Assembly: GCA_028534125.1 (NCBI GenBank)
Contig: CM052816.1
Coordinates: 9,116,001-9,180,000, forward strand
Source of the DNA: Lama glama
Lineage: Eukaryota
Direction of reading: 5' to 3'
DNA length: 64,000 nt
Positions 35,975-49,847 of the stretch are shown one piece after another; positions within the stretch are counted from its first letter, which is position 1, and the number at the start of each line of letters is the position of its first letter. The notes beneath the pieces were generated by a model. That model did no database searches and was not told the origin of the DNA. It saw nothing but the letters and a program-made list of their open reading frames with translations. The translations under genes were made by a program, and so were the position numbers.

Positions 35975-38717
35975 GTAAGTGTTTGCTCCTCAAACCCCGT
36001 GAAAACCCAAGCTCCTCAAGATTAGGGGAGTGTTCCTAACAGGAGTGGAATAGCTCTGAAGTCCAATCCCATATGAATGTGGAGCTGTGACCACTATCAG
36101 TTGATGACCTGGGTCATACTCGATTAGCAGCATTTTCACTTCAGATTTCAGACGATTCTGGGATTGTGTGGGACTGGCGGCCTAGGACGTGTGAGATGTG
36201 ATGAAATCAACTCAGTCATAGTGGGGGAGGTTGGCCATATGAGCCTCCCATTCTAATCCTGCTAAGAAAGCTTCCTGAATTGTGGCTGAAGGTCTTCCTT
36301 TAGGACTGAAGTAGGTCTAGCTCCCCAGTGATAAAGGTGGGGCCATAGACCATTGCAGCTGGAAACACACTAAGGGATGTTTTCTCCTCTCATTTTACAG
36401 ATTAGGAGACTGAGGCCCAAGTGAATTAGTGCCTGGGCCAGGATAAAAACTGCCCTACCCTATTTTCTAGTCAAGACAATCCTTGCTTCACCTCACTGCC
36501 CCAGACAAACAAAATGACATTGGACTGTTGGGTGTGTTAGCCTGGGGGAGTGAGGGGCCTCAGTGCCTCGCACAGTTTTCAGCAGTGTCTGAATGACTGA
36601 CTGAGTGAATTAATGACACTCCTTTCCCTTACTTTGGGAGGGGCCCGCCGCTCTGTGTCCGGAAGTGCATTCACCCACTGACAGTGGTTTGAGGAAGAAT
36701 TCTTATTTCTCCCATCTCTTCAGTGGTGGTAGTAATGTGTTCACTCCTGTGTGGCCAGATTAGATGGGGAACATTTCATGGGACAGCCAGAGATTCTGCA
36801 GAAGGAACTCAGCTCCCAGGAGCAGAGGTGGAAGTTGGAGTCTTTCTCTATTCATAGAAACACTTGTGAGGAGCATCGCTCCCAGGCATCAGCACCAGCC
36901 CTGGCAGCACTTTTTTGCCATAAGCAGATAACACTATCCCACCAGACTGAGCCAGGAAGCTGAAGCGATGACCACAGCCTGGTAGGCTACAGCCCAGGTC
37001 TGAAAAATCAAAGACTACTTGGGGTTTGCCTTGAAAGCAGGGGCGGTTGCAGACTTGGATCCAAGGTGTTTGCCAACTGTTGATCTGATGGTTAGAAGAG
37101 ATCCAGGAGCAGGTCTCAGGCACTGCTCTTATCTACAGACCAGGAGTGCAGGGCTATGCCTATGGCTGCACAGGCCGTCCCTGGCACCAAGGCAACCAGC
37201 AGTATTGTTAAATCCCAGCTCCCCCAAGGCCTGTGCCCTGGGGAAGAGTGCCTGTCTGTAATTTTTCCTCCCAGAGGAAGTATTTTTTTGGTAACTCATG
37301 TGCCATTTGTGCTCTCAGTGGTCCTGGCCTGGAGAGAAATGGCTGCAGTAAGACTGGCATGTGTCCCTCATTGATGGCAACGGAAAGGTGCATGAACTGC
37401 TCTCCAGAGCCCAGCTCTACAGTTCTGCTGTGTTTGGCTGTAGGACCTTTGGGGGTTGCAGATCTCAAGTATCTGCAATTACACTCACAAAAGAAGCCTC
37501 CCCCAGAGAAGAGCAGGTGGAGGCTTTACTTGGGGAAAACCCTGCTACGCTCAAAGTTCACTGGAGAGCTCAGAGTAGGGACACAGGTATCTGGCTATGG
37601 CTTCTTTGCCAGGAAGAGGTAGAATCTTCTCTCTAGCAGCCAGTGTCCTATGGAGCATGAATCTGGCCTTCACCTCCACAAGCTCCACTGTGGCTGCGTT
37701 AGCCAAGGGGGGTCAGCTTCTTTGCTGCCAGACCCAAGATCTTCTTGGTTCTCACCTCATCTTATTTCAATTTTGTGATATTAGGTCGTGGCACCGCAAG
37801 GCACTTTGGTCTCCGTGACTCCTGTTTCCTTCCTGACTGTGCCTTTTCAGTCTCCTTCCCTGGCTGCCATCTGCCAGTAAATGCTGAAGTTTCTCCAGCT
37901 CATTCACAAATCCCCCTCCCCAGACCTCCCCATCCTGCTTTGCTTTTCCCTCCAAATGCTTCTCCTGGGACTTTGACCCACTCCTTATGACCTGCTATTG
38001 GTCACAAATCTATATTTGCAAGATTCAACTCTTCTTGGCTACAGATCTACTTCATTCTGTGCTAGAACTCCTGTCAGCACTGCAAACTCAAAATGTCTAA
38101 ACTACTCGACTCCCTCCTTCCACCTCATCCCACCAAGGTACTTCAAGGAACAGAACTTAGGAACCGCACATGCTTCTTTACTTTCTTTTCTTCATTATTC
38201 ACATTTGGTTACCTGCCTAGTCAAATTTACAAAGCACTTTGTACACAAGAAATCAGTGTCTGTTGAGTGGATGGATGATGAAAGAATGGAGGAAGGAAGA
38301 AGGAGAGCTGTACACATGGAAATGAGAGGCAGTGCCACGTGCCACAAAGTGCACTGCCCTTGAGTTCTGTTCACAGCTGTCGTGAACTCACTGAGAGATT
38401 TGGGCCTTCAGGTTCCATCATCTCCCCACACCCACACCTCTTGGCATAAAGCTCGTGTTTCCAGGTTTTCTTCTCTGACTCTGTTCTCATTTCTATTTCA
38501 ATTCCCAGCTGTAAAGTGAGTGGGTTAAACGAGACAATCTTCAGGTAACTGCAGCCCTGATGATGAAGGGGGAGAAATCCAGTTTTTTAGGGATAGCAGG
38601 TGGTCTGAAACTTAAACACAGAGTCTCCTAAGGGGCCAGTGGGCGGGGTACACCTGCAGGTGTAGGCATGCTGGCCCATTCTGACCTAACACAGGTCTGT
38701 CCTCCATCTCTATCCAG

Positions 38718-38759
38718 GTGGGTTTGAATCCATCCAGAATCTTCCAAACGATCTGAGTG
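38718..38759 (+). CDS. SH3TC2: SH3TC2 exon 10 ([14 protein letters not shown])
   Basis: Acceptor tatccag|, donor GTG|gtgagt, 42 nt. Confidence 0.93.
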
Positions 38760-38883
38760 GTGAGTAGAGATCATGCTAAACCTGACCTCCAGTCCTGCTG
38801 GACAGCATCCTGTCCTCTTGCCAAGACCTGGCCACTGCAGTTGCAGGTACTTAGGGTTGCTCAACTCTGCCTGTCCCTTTCAG

Positions 38884-40581
38884 CATCCCAGCCCGAAGTC
38901 TTCAAGGACACTCAGCCTGGTGGAGCCTGGGAGGAGCATCAGGCAGTAGGCTCCAGACAGTCCAGCAGCTCCGAGGACTCCAGCTTGGAGGAGGAGCTCC
39001 TTTCAGCTGCCTCAGACACCTACCACCTGCCAGAGCCTGATGACCTCGATGACCCAGAACTGCTCATGGACCTGAACACCGGTCAGGAGGAGGAGGAGGC
39101 TGAGAACTTCGCCCCCATATTGGCCTTTCTGGATCACAAGGGTTATGCTGACCATTTTAAGAGCCTCTATGATTTTTCCTTCTCTTTCCTCACGTCTTCC
39201 TTTTACAGCTACTCTGAGGAGGATGAGCTCGTGGCCTACCTGGAGGCCTCGAGGAAATGGGCCAAGCGGAGCCACATGACCTGGGCCCACGCCCGGCTCT
39301 GCTTCCTCCTGGGCCGTCTGAGTGTCAGGAAGGTCAAACTCTCTCAGGCCAGGGTGTACTTTGAGGAGGCCATCCACATTCTCAACGGGGCATTTGAGGA
39401 CCTATCCTTGGCAGCTGCTCTGTACATCAATTTGGCGGCCATCTATCTGAGGCAGAGGCTGAGGCATAAAGGCTCGGCCCTGCTGGAAAAGGCAGGTGTC
39501 CTGTTGGCCTGCCTGCCTGATCGTGAGTCTAGTGCCAAGAGCGAGCTGGACGTGGTAGCCTATGTGCTGAGACAGGGCATCGTGTCGGGCAGTTGCCCCC
39601 TGGAGGCCAGGGCTTGCTTCCTGGCCACCCGATTGCTCCTAAGCCTTGGCCGGCATGATGAGGTCCTGCCCTTCGCCGAGCGCCTGCAGCTCCTCTCCGG
39701 ACACGCCCCTGCCTCTGATGCTGCCGCCACCATCTTGAGCTTTCTCTATGACAAGAAATATCTGCCACACCTTGCAGTGGCCTCTGTCCGGCAACGTGGT
39801 ACTCAGAGCACCCAAGGGATGGCCCTTCCAATTTGGCAGGTCCACCTGGTCCTCCAGAATGCCTCCAAGCTCCTTGGCATCCCCTCCCCAAGCTGGGGTG
39901 AAGTTTCTGCCCTGGCCTGCCCGGCACTCAGGCAGGCGCTAGCTGCCTGTGAGGAACAGGCGGACTGGAGCACCCAGAGGGCCCTGTGTCTCATCCTGTC
40001 CAAAGTGTACCTCCAGCACAGGTCTCCTGACGGTGCCATCCACTACCTGAGCCAAGCCTTGGTGCTGGGCCAGCTGCTGAGTGAACAGGAAGCTTTTGAG
40101 TCTTCTCTCTGCCTGGCATGGGCCTATCTCTTAGCCAGCCAGGCAAAGAAGGCTTTGGACGTCCTCGAGCCACTCTTATACTCCCTGAAGGAAAAAGAGA
40201 GTGTTACCCAAAAGGGAGTGGTCCATAACCTCCTGGGACTTGCACTTCAAGGTGAAGGCCGGGTGAATAAGGCAGCCAAGAGTTACCTCCAGGCCTTGAA
40301 CAGAGCCCAGGAGGCGGGGGATGTGCGTAACCAAGCAGTGACTTTGGCCAATCTTGGCCACCTGACCCTTAAGTCCTGGACTCAGCAGCCGGCCAGGGAC
40401 TATCTTCTGCAGGCTGTGCAACTCTATTCTAAATTCCAGGCCAGCATGGAGACAGATATGGAGTTAGTACAGGTGCTTCTCTGGTTGGCCCAAGTCCAGG
40501 TATATGGACGCCACCTGACCAGTGGCCGCTTTTGTTATGAAATGGCATTGCTGTTTGGCTTAAGGCATCGACACCTAAAGA
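38884..40581 (+). CDS. SH3TC2: SH3TC2 exon 11 (large exon: acidic region plus TPR repeats)
   Basis: Acceptor ctttcag|, donor AGA|gtgagt, 1698 nt open reading frame. It is the core of ORF 38757..40604. Confidence 0.98.
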
Positions 40582-40627
40582 GTGAGTATGTCCCGTGCTG
40601 CTGAGACGCTTTAAAGCTGAGTGTTAG

Positions 40628-40870
<243 letters not shown>

Positions 40871-43800
40871 TGAGTCCAGGCTCAGGGCCGGTCCTGGAAA
40901 CATCTTTTCTTCCTTAAATTGTTTTCCTCAGGAAGTCAAACCCAAATGCACACGGTATGTTTATGGCATCGTGGAAAAGGACACGCGCTCTGCAGCCATC
41001 ACACAGGATGCAAACACAGTGCCACCCGTCCCTTGTTAGCTGTGGGACTTTGGGCAAGTGTTTATATTTCTCTGTGCCTCGGATTCCTCACCAGTGAATG
41101 CACATGGGACACTTGGAACAGTGCCTAACAGGCGGGAAGGGCTCAGTCATATTGGCGATGTTACAGTCACCTGTGTGTTTCCTTAACAGCCCCATATGTG
41201 ACCACAGCTGACAGTGCATAAATAGAGAGGTGGCAGTTATGCTGAGAACCATAGATCCCTCAGGTCTTCCTTATCTGAGGGCCATTGGTGGTAGAGAAGG
41301 ACACAAAGTAAATAAGTCCATGGAAATCAGGGGTGTAAAATTTTACAGTAAATTTTGATTGGAACCTTACCTTTAAAATGAAGTTGGAAATGATGAAACT
41401 AAGTTTATTTTCACATTTTAGTTAAGAAGCCTAGGTTATAATTGCAACTATGCGCTGAGTTTTAGAATTCACATACAACTAAAGAAATGTTGGCTTTTAG
41501 CTTAATTGTGTTGGCAGAATTGTGTAACAGCACAGTTAAACATTCTTTGTTTTGTGATTGACTTTTTGGCACCCTCTTAGAAAGACTCAATTTTGTAAAA
41601 AATATACCAGAACTTGGCTGTATTACCCAAAGGCTTCTTTTCACTCTTTAATATTTAACTTTTTCTCTGGTGAACCATCCTGCCATCTCTTGCTGATTTT
41701 CCCTTTTCTATCACTGGTCAGATCTGCCTGATCCTCCTTTGCTGGTGGCATGGCCTTCCGTTCTGCTCTCAGACAAGCTTTTAATTGATTCCATTAAATT
41801 CTGCCTGGTTTGCAAGATATTTAGTTTCACTTTGCAACAGATTAGCATTGCAGCATTGTATTCATAATTATGAATGACTTCTAACAGAGCAGGCATAATC
41901 ACTAGTGTTGAGCAGAGAGGCAATTGTGGAGAAGCTGTTTGAATGACAATTTTTGCTGTTCTAAACAACTAGTAACCTTGGGCACCTGATAAATCAGATC
42001 ACAGATAATCAGATAATGAAATCTTTGTCTTTTTCTTTTTTCTGTCCTCCACTTTATCTCTCTATCCTTCACATCTTCCATCTCTTACAAGAATCAGGTG
42101 TCTTCCAAACCTCCCGTTGCCTTTAGTCCCAAGAAGGGAGTTTTGGATCCTTGTAGCCTGTGAGGTAACAGGAGGCCTGGCCCTGGCCCCACCCTACTTC
42201 CATTTAGGACCCCCTAGGAGTTTGGATGGTTCTGGAGCTGATCCAGAAGGCAGGCTTGAATTAACCTTAGAGATGAGATAGTCGTATATTCGTGGTGAGG
42301 CATTGTGGGAATGCGCTTTGGGATAGTTGGCTTTTAAGGGACTGAAGCATGAGTGGCAAGTATGTGTCAGGTTTATTGCCACCCCTCCCTCTGTGCAAGC
42401 TCAGTCTTGGATTAATCACTGTTCCCAGTGATTAATCACCTACCCCATTGCCATCCTTTGCGCACAGCCTCCCTCTCACCTCCAGTCATCAAAAACCACT
42501 GAAATTCTAAGGGGGTGGGGGAGCCAGAGAGCAAGCCCTGGATGCTGTCAACACAGAGTGCAGAGGCCTTACCAAAGGCAATGTGGACGATTGCTGGATT
42601 TCTTTGGTAATGGGGGCAGAAGAGAGCGGCGAAGGAGTGGGGCTGCAGTTGGTCCAAGAAGTGGCTGGAGGAAGTCGGAAGCCACGGAGCTGGGAGAGGA
42701 GTGGCCAAAACTGGATTAGGAACAGGAAACCTGGGCCTGCCATGAGCTAGTGACCTGTCCTTAAACAAGTCAGTTCTCCTTTTGGTTACTCCATTTATAA
42801 GGTTAAACTGAATGAGGTGCCTTCCAGTTTTAAATGTTGAGTCTAGGACCAGCCAGCTATGCTATGTTGATGCTGGCAGTAGCCCTATTAGTACCAGAAT
42901 TCCTGCAGCTTCCAAAGAATCTTGAATTTGAGGGGCATATTCTTAAAGTTGTGGGCCTTCTAAAGGGCCTTTTAGATCAGAGACCTAAGCTTTTGGGGCT
43001 TTGAAAGACTCTGCAGTAGCTTCAGAAGGTCTTGATATAATGACTGTAAATTTGATGTGGGCAGATGGTGTGTCTAGCACAGAACTTGGCATAGAGGACA
43101 CATACACCACGTATTTGTGTGGTCAGCCAAGTAGTTAGTTAATTAGTTATTTTGTCCACTAGCTCACAGCCCTGAGCTGCAGCTGATTTGGCTGTCTGAG
43201 AGGAGATTAAAACAGAGAATGAGGAAGTTTGCCCTTGGTTTCTTGCTCAGGGTTCAGGTAAGGGGAAAAAGGTGCTTGCAACTTGAAGGCAGGCTTTCTG
43301 ATCTTCAGTGACAGTTACAGTTGTCAGACTACTGTTACTGGAACCTCAGATGCCCTTACCAGCAGCCTGTTTAGAACCTGCCTACAGAATATTAGCTACA
43401 GAACACAGTGGGTCTATTCTTGGAGAGTTTGCACTCACAAGGAACTAGATACCAGATACTGAATTAAAATATTGGAGATTTCTACCCAAATCAAAAATAA
43501 GTTTTTTTTTCCTAAAGTTGTTTAAAATTCTATCATGTTTACTTATGGTAAAAAAAATATTAAACCAGTATTGAAGGTTATAGCTGAAAAGTAAAGATCC
43601 CCTCCCAACTTGCCTTTCCCTAAGCCTCTTCGAAAGTAACTACTTACAGATTTTTAAATATCCATCAAGAATATTCCATACGTATGAAAGATTATATATG
43701 ATATATATTCTCCATATTAAATATACATTAGGTATAAATAATATGCACTTTTTAGTTAAATGGGATCTGATAAAATTTGTTACATGATACATTCTGCTGT

Positions 43801-44059
43801 TATTTGTTTTTTTCATTTAAAAATGTCACTATGAAATGATTCAAAATTTCATCCTACTATATGAATCCTTTTGATGTATTGGGTACTGTGATGGGTAGTG
43901 AGGAATTCAATGGTTAGATGGTTAGGAGAACAATTTTCAAAAGAACTGTCTGATAACAGAGCAGTCTACCCTATATGAGAGTGAGTGTGTCAAAATTACA
44001 AGTATTCAAGCACAGGCTGGCTACTCAGGAATCTTACAGAAGAATGTCCTGAAATGAGC

Positions 44060-47000
44060 TCTTTATAGCAGTTTATTGAGATACAATCATATTAACATAA
44101 ATTGAGTCTTGTAATATACAATTCAGTGATTTTTAGCATATTCACCGAGTTTCGTAACCATCACCACTGTCTAATTTTGGAATATTTTCATAACTCCCAA
44201 AAGAAACCCTATACCCATCAGTAGTCAGTCCTCATTAATCAACCCCCACCTAGCCCTGCAACCACTATAATCTACTTTCTGTCTCTATGGATTTGCCTGT
44301 TCTGAACGTTTCATGTAAATGGAATCATACAAGATACGGCCCTTTGGGACTGGCTTCTTTGACTTAGGGTAATGTTTTCAAAGTTTATCCATGGTGTCAT
44401 ATATATCAGTACTTCATTCCTTTTCTTCTGAGTGATAATCTACTGAAGGATGTGTCACATTTATTTATCTAGTCGTAAGTTTATAAACACGAATTGTTTC
44501 CACTTTGTGGCTATTATGACTAATGCTGCTGTGAACATTTGTGAATAAGTTTTTGTTTGAATATATTTTTCCGACTCTTTGAGTATGTGCCTAGGAGTGG
44601 AATTTCAGGGTCATATCGTCTCTCTCTATATAAACTGCTATATATAAACTGGGGAACTGCTAAAGTAGGTGCACAATTCTACATTCCCCTTAGCAATATT
44701 TGAGGGTTCTAATGTTTCTCACGTTCTCACCAACACTTGTTATTGTCCATCTGTTTATTTTAGCCGTCAGGTATGAAGTGACATCTCATTGTGGGCTTGA
44801 TTTACTTTTTCCTAATGACTAAGATGTTGAGCTTCATTTCATGTGCTTACTGGTCATTTCTGTATCTTCTTTGAAGAAATGTCTATTTAAATCATTTGTC
44901 CAGTTTTTGATTGTGTTGTCTGTCTTTTAATTGTTGAGTTGGGAGAGTTCTGTATATATTTTGGTAAAAATCTCTTATCAGATGTATGATTTGCAAATAT
45001 TTTTCCCAATCCATGTTTTCTTTTCACTTCCTTGATGGCATCTTTTGAAGCTCAAATGTTTTTAATTTTGATGAAGCTCAGTTTATCTACTTAAAAAAAA
45101 TCATTGCCTAATCCAACGTCACAAAATTTACCCCTTTGCTTCCTTCTTAGACTTTTGTAGTTTTAGCTCTTACATTTGGGTCAGTCAGCCATTTTGAGTT
45201 AATTTTTGATTATGGTGCAAGGTAGGGGTCCAGTTTCATTCTTTTGTGTGAATATCCAGTTGCCCAACTACCACTTGTTAAAAAAATTATTTTTCCCCAT
45301 TGAATGTCTTTTACACCCTGTTTAAAATCAATTGACCATAAATGTAAGGGTTTATTTCTGGGTGCTAAATTCTATTCTATAGATCTATATGTCTAGACGA
45401 CATAGTGTGTTTATTATAGCTTCAAGGTAAGTTTTACATTGGGAGGCATGAGTCTTCCAAACTTGTTATTCTTTTTCAAGATTGTTTTGCTATTTTGGGC
45501 CTCTTGTCTTTCCATATGAAATTTTCAGTTTTTGCAAAGAAGCCAGCTGGGTTTTAATAGGGATAATGTTGAATCTGTGGATCAGTTTGGGTAGTATTGC
45601 CATCTTAACAATATCATGCCTTCCAATTCATGAACCTGGGATGTCTTTTCATTTACATGCGTTAATCCCTTTCAACAGTGTGTTGTGGTTTTTAGAATAT
45701 CACTTTTGCACTTCTCTTGCTAAATATTCTGAAGTAATTTTTGATGCTATAGTAAATGGAATTGTCTTCTTAATTTCAGTTTCAGATTATTCACTGATAA
45801 AGTTAGAAATACAGTTGACTTTTATGTGTATTCTTTTTATTTCTATAGTTATTTCTGTTAGTGATAATGTCCCTACTTTAGTTCCTAGTCTGTTATTTTA
45901 TTCTTTTTGGTCAGAATAACCAAAGATTTGCCTCTTAAAATTTTTTTAAAGGAACCAACTTTTGATTTTATTTTCTCTATTGTTTTTCTATCCTCTGCAT
46001 CATTTTCTTTCTGAATTATTATTTTTCTTTATTCTTCTGGCTTTGGGTTTACTTTGTTCTTTTTGTTCCCCCAAGTGTCTTAAGTTGGAATGTTAGGTTA
46101 TTGATTTGAGATCTTTCTTCTTTTTTTAATATACGTATTTACAGCTGTAAGTTTTTCTCTGAACACTGCTTTCACTCTGTTCTCTCCAATTTTGATATGT
46201 TGTATCTTTGTGTTCATGCATCTCACAGTATTTTATAATAGCCCTTGTGATTTTTTTTGACCTCCTGATTATATAGGAGTGTTGTTTAATTTTCACATAT
46301 TTGCAAATTCCCCAAAGTTCCTTATGCTATCAGTTTCTGATTTCATTCCATTATGGTGGGAGAACATCCTTTGTATGATTTCCTTTTGAATTTGTTGAGA
46401 AGGCCTGAATTTATTGAGAAAGTCTTAACATATGGTCTTTTCTAGGGGATGTTCCCTGGACCCTTGAGATGAATGTGTGTTCTGCCACTCATTGTAGTCT
46501 TATTATAAATGTCTGTTAGGTCTAGTTGATTCATAGTTAAAGTCTTCTATTTCTTCTTGTTCTTATGTCTAGTTGTTCTACCCATTATTAAAAGTGGGAT
46601 GTTGAAATCTTCAATTATGATTGTTGCATTGTCTATTTCTCCTTTCAGTTCTGTCGGCTTTTATTTCATATATTTTGAGGCTTTATTTTTAGGTGCATTA
46701 TGTTTCTAATTTTTATGTCTTCCTAACAGAATAACTCTTTTGTCATAAACTTTTCTTCATTGTCTTTAGTGACAGGTTTGGTATTTTCATCTATAATAGT
46801 ATAGTCACTCTACTTTTTTTGGAGGTTTTTTTGGGTGGTTTATCTTTTTTCCATGCTTTTTATCTATTTGTGTCTTTGAATCTAAAGTGTTGTCTCTTCT
46901 AGACAGTATATAGTTGAATCATAATTTTTGCTGTTTTCTTTTAAAAAATCCATTCTGCCTATCTCTGTCTTTTGAGTGAAGTAGTCAATTTATTTATTCA

Positions 47001-47080
47001 TTTATTTATTTATTTATATTGACATATAGTTGATTTACAGCTTTGTGTTAGTTTCTGGTGTACAGCATAGTGATTCAATC

Positions 47081-47116
<36 letters not shown>

Positions 47117-47600
47117 GCATACATATAGGAATCTTTTTCATTATAGGCTATTACAAGATATTGAATATAGTTCCCTGTGCTATCCAGTAAGACGTTGTTT
47201 ATCTGTTTTATATATAGTCGTTAGTATCTGCAAATCTCAAACTCCTAATTTGTCCCTCCCCCTGCTTTCCCCTTTGGTAACCGTAAGTTTGTTTTTTCTA
47301 TATGAGTCTGTTTCTATTTTGTAAATAAGTTCATTTGTATCACTTTTTGAGATTCAGTCCATTTACATTTAATGAAACTACTGGTAAGGTAGGATTTATG
47401 TATTTTGCTGTTTTTTTTTTAATGTATCGTATCTTTTGAAAATTCCTCCTCTTCCTCCTTCTTTTGTGTTAAGCAGATATTTTCTATTGTGCCACTTCAA
47501 CTTCCTTGTCATTTCTTTTACTATATTTCTTTCAGCTATTTTCTTAGTGGTTACCCTGGGGGTTATAACTAATATCTTAATTTATAACAAGCTTAGGTGT
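44060..47600 (-). mobile_element. Large fragmented L1M (L1MB-like 3'UTR and ORF2 remnants) in intron 12
   Basis: Starts agcagtttattgagatacaa (L1 3' end), then continuous T-rich antisense ORF2 motifs such as ttttgatgctatagtaaatggaattg and ttgcattgtctatttctcctttcagttctg. Confidence 0.85.
46993..47355 (-). mobile_element. Younger artiodactyl L1 3' end nested in the older L1, with an internal (TA)n
   Basis: Same family motifs as 31806-32250. Putative TSD agtcaattta / agtccattta. Confidence 0.7.
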
Positions 47601-47707
47601 TTCCTGGGCATGCACACAGTTTTGAACATGTGTGGTCTTCTAGATTCTTGGGATTATGTTGCAGCTTTTCAAAGTCTCCTATATACATTTCATTTCCAAT
47701 TTTTCCT

Positions 47708-47708
47708 T

Positions 47709-47755
<47 letters not shown>
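47708..47755. repeat. (TTTA)n microsatellite
   Basis: Read directly from the sequence. Confidence 0.9.
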
Positions 47756-47756
<1 letters not shown>

Positions 47757-49445
47757 TTTGTCGGCTTCTTGTTTGCTCCAAATGTTTTCACCACCTCACG
47801 CAGCAGCAGTGTTAAACAATTGCTGCTGATCTTTTGGGACAAACACCCCAGGGAAAAGAGCTGAGCGAGCTCTGAGTTAATTTAAATAAAACAAGCCTTC
47901 AGAGTGGAGGCTTTCAGGAAACTTCCAGGCAGGTAAAATAGTGACAATTAGCTGGGATTAGAATGCTGGGGAATTCCAAACTCATCGTGCCCCTTCCAGT
48001 GGCTACTAGGCTGTTTGTTTTTCCAGCTACCACAATTAAGAGACTTTTACCTTTTAAGGCTGCCACAGAGCTGGGGAGAGAAGATGCCCCTAGAGCAAGT
48101 TAAAAAGCAACAGAACTCACTATTCTTAACATGATTCAACTGTTGTTGTTCAATAACCATTCCCTGAGTAGTTGCAAGTTAATTTCCAGAGTTCTGAAAA
48201 ATTTGGTTGTGGCAATTTTTTGCCAGTGTTCTCATAGCTTTTATGGGAGATTGATTTTTGGAGGTCCTTAATTTATTGTTCTGAAAGTGGATCCAGATTA
48301 GAGTTTTTTAATTCTAATATTCTGTAATTCTAAGATCTGAGATTTTTATTTGTGTAATTGGGAGGAAATAAACATCCACTTTTCCTGCTTTCCCACTAAC
48401 AAGAGTGATACTAAGAGGAAGATGGGAAGTGCCCTAGGTGTAAGAGGAAACCTCTACAAACATAAGGTGGTTATCCCTTTGCGGGATGCTCATTTCATCA
48501 AGGAGAACATTGCTATAATGCTATATTTATTTAGCATGTATAAATCACCTACTTCTACAAAGCCCTCATGAAAAAAAAAGAACAAAGACCAGCTAACAGA
48601 CATAGATAAACAGGTGTTTCCATGCACCTGGAGGTGGTTACTGTAATTGAGCTGTAAGCTTCCTGGTAGCTGAGGTAAAAAGGGAAAAACCATACAAGGT
48701 TCTCACTGTCTGATTAAAGAACATAAACAAACATATCTGTTGAAGAAAATTTTTTCCTGGCACTGATTTCTAGGAGGAACTTATTAAGTGAATTTTGATG
48801 TAATGGACACATTTTTTCAACTAAACTCCCCCCCATGGGATTTCCATTCTTACAAAGCTCAAAGCCGTAGCAGGAAAAGGCAGGAAATGTTCATGGGCGA
48901 GGTGGCAGACATCTGCAGGGGCAGGTTTGGAGGGAGAGGAACGAATGTTTTCAGCTAAGAGTTGGGAGATCTGTCAGGGAAAAATTCATGAAGGTGGTAG
49001 CATTTGAAGATGACCTTGAGGGTTAAGAAAGATTTTCAAAAGTAAAGAAGTGTAAAAGAATAGCATCTGGGGCCAAGGGAATAGCCATGGCAATGGAAAA
49101 GTGAGGACACATTTGAAAGACATTCTGTTTAACAGACCAAGTTTGGTGTTTCTCTGAGTGTATGTACTAAAGGAGAGAGAAGAATCCAGTCTGACCCCTA
49201 GGAGGGGATGGGAGGTTGGGTAGGGGTCAGTGGTTGCAGGACGAGCACAGTCAGCAACTGTAGTGAAAATGGTGTTCATAATAGTAACAGAAGGTGTTCA
49301 GTGAGCATGCACTGATTACCAAACAATATGCAATCTCAGGATAACCATATGAGGGAGAAAGAGTTGTAGAAATTGAGAGCTAAAGAAGCCAAGTAACTTG
49401 CACGAAGGCACACAGCAGAGATTTATACCCAGTCTGTGTCTAGAA

Positions 49446-49662
49446 CAGGAGTCAGCAAACTTTTTAACGAACGTCAGATAGTAAATGTTCTAGGCTTTCT
49501 GTCCATGTGGTCTCTCTCACAAGTATTCCACTATGCAGTTGTAGCGTGAAGACAACCATAAATAATGTGTAAATGAATGTGTCTGTGTTCCCCTAAGACT
49601 TTGTTTACAAAAGCAGGTGGAAGGCTGGATTTGGCTCATGGGTCATAGTTTGCCAACCCTTC
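49446..49662. mobile_element. MER58A-like hAT-Charlie element
   Basis: TIRs caggagtcagcaaact / agtttgccaaccct. 8-bp hAT-type TSD gtctagaa / gcctagag. Confidence 0.75.
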
Positions 49663-49847
49663 GCCTAGAGTGAGTGCTCTTAACTACTCTGTATGTATTC
49701 TGCCGGCTCAGACAATAATTTTCACTCTCCATAAGCAACAGATGTAGATGACTATATGGTGAAACCTCTCAGAATTGTATGGATGAGAATGGCCTCATTT
49801 GTTTTCTGTTGTGACCCCTGCCTGCTACAGAGGGTCTAGACTGCTTA

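Noticed and set aside
38757..40604. 615-aa ORF as a stand-alone intronless gene
   Set aside because: It is SH3TC2 exon 11 plus read-through into introns 10 and 11. Splice sites at 38884 and 40581 explain it.
40582..40604. Intron 11 read-through ending in -VPCC* as a prenylation-like C-terminus
   Set aside because: It requires intron retention despite a strong gtgagt donor and would likely trigger nonsense-mediated decay. There is no supporting evidence.
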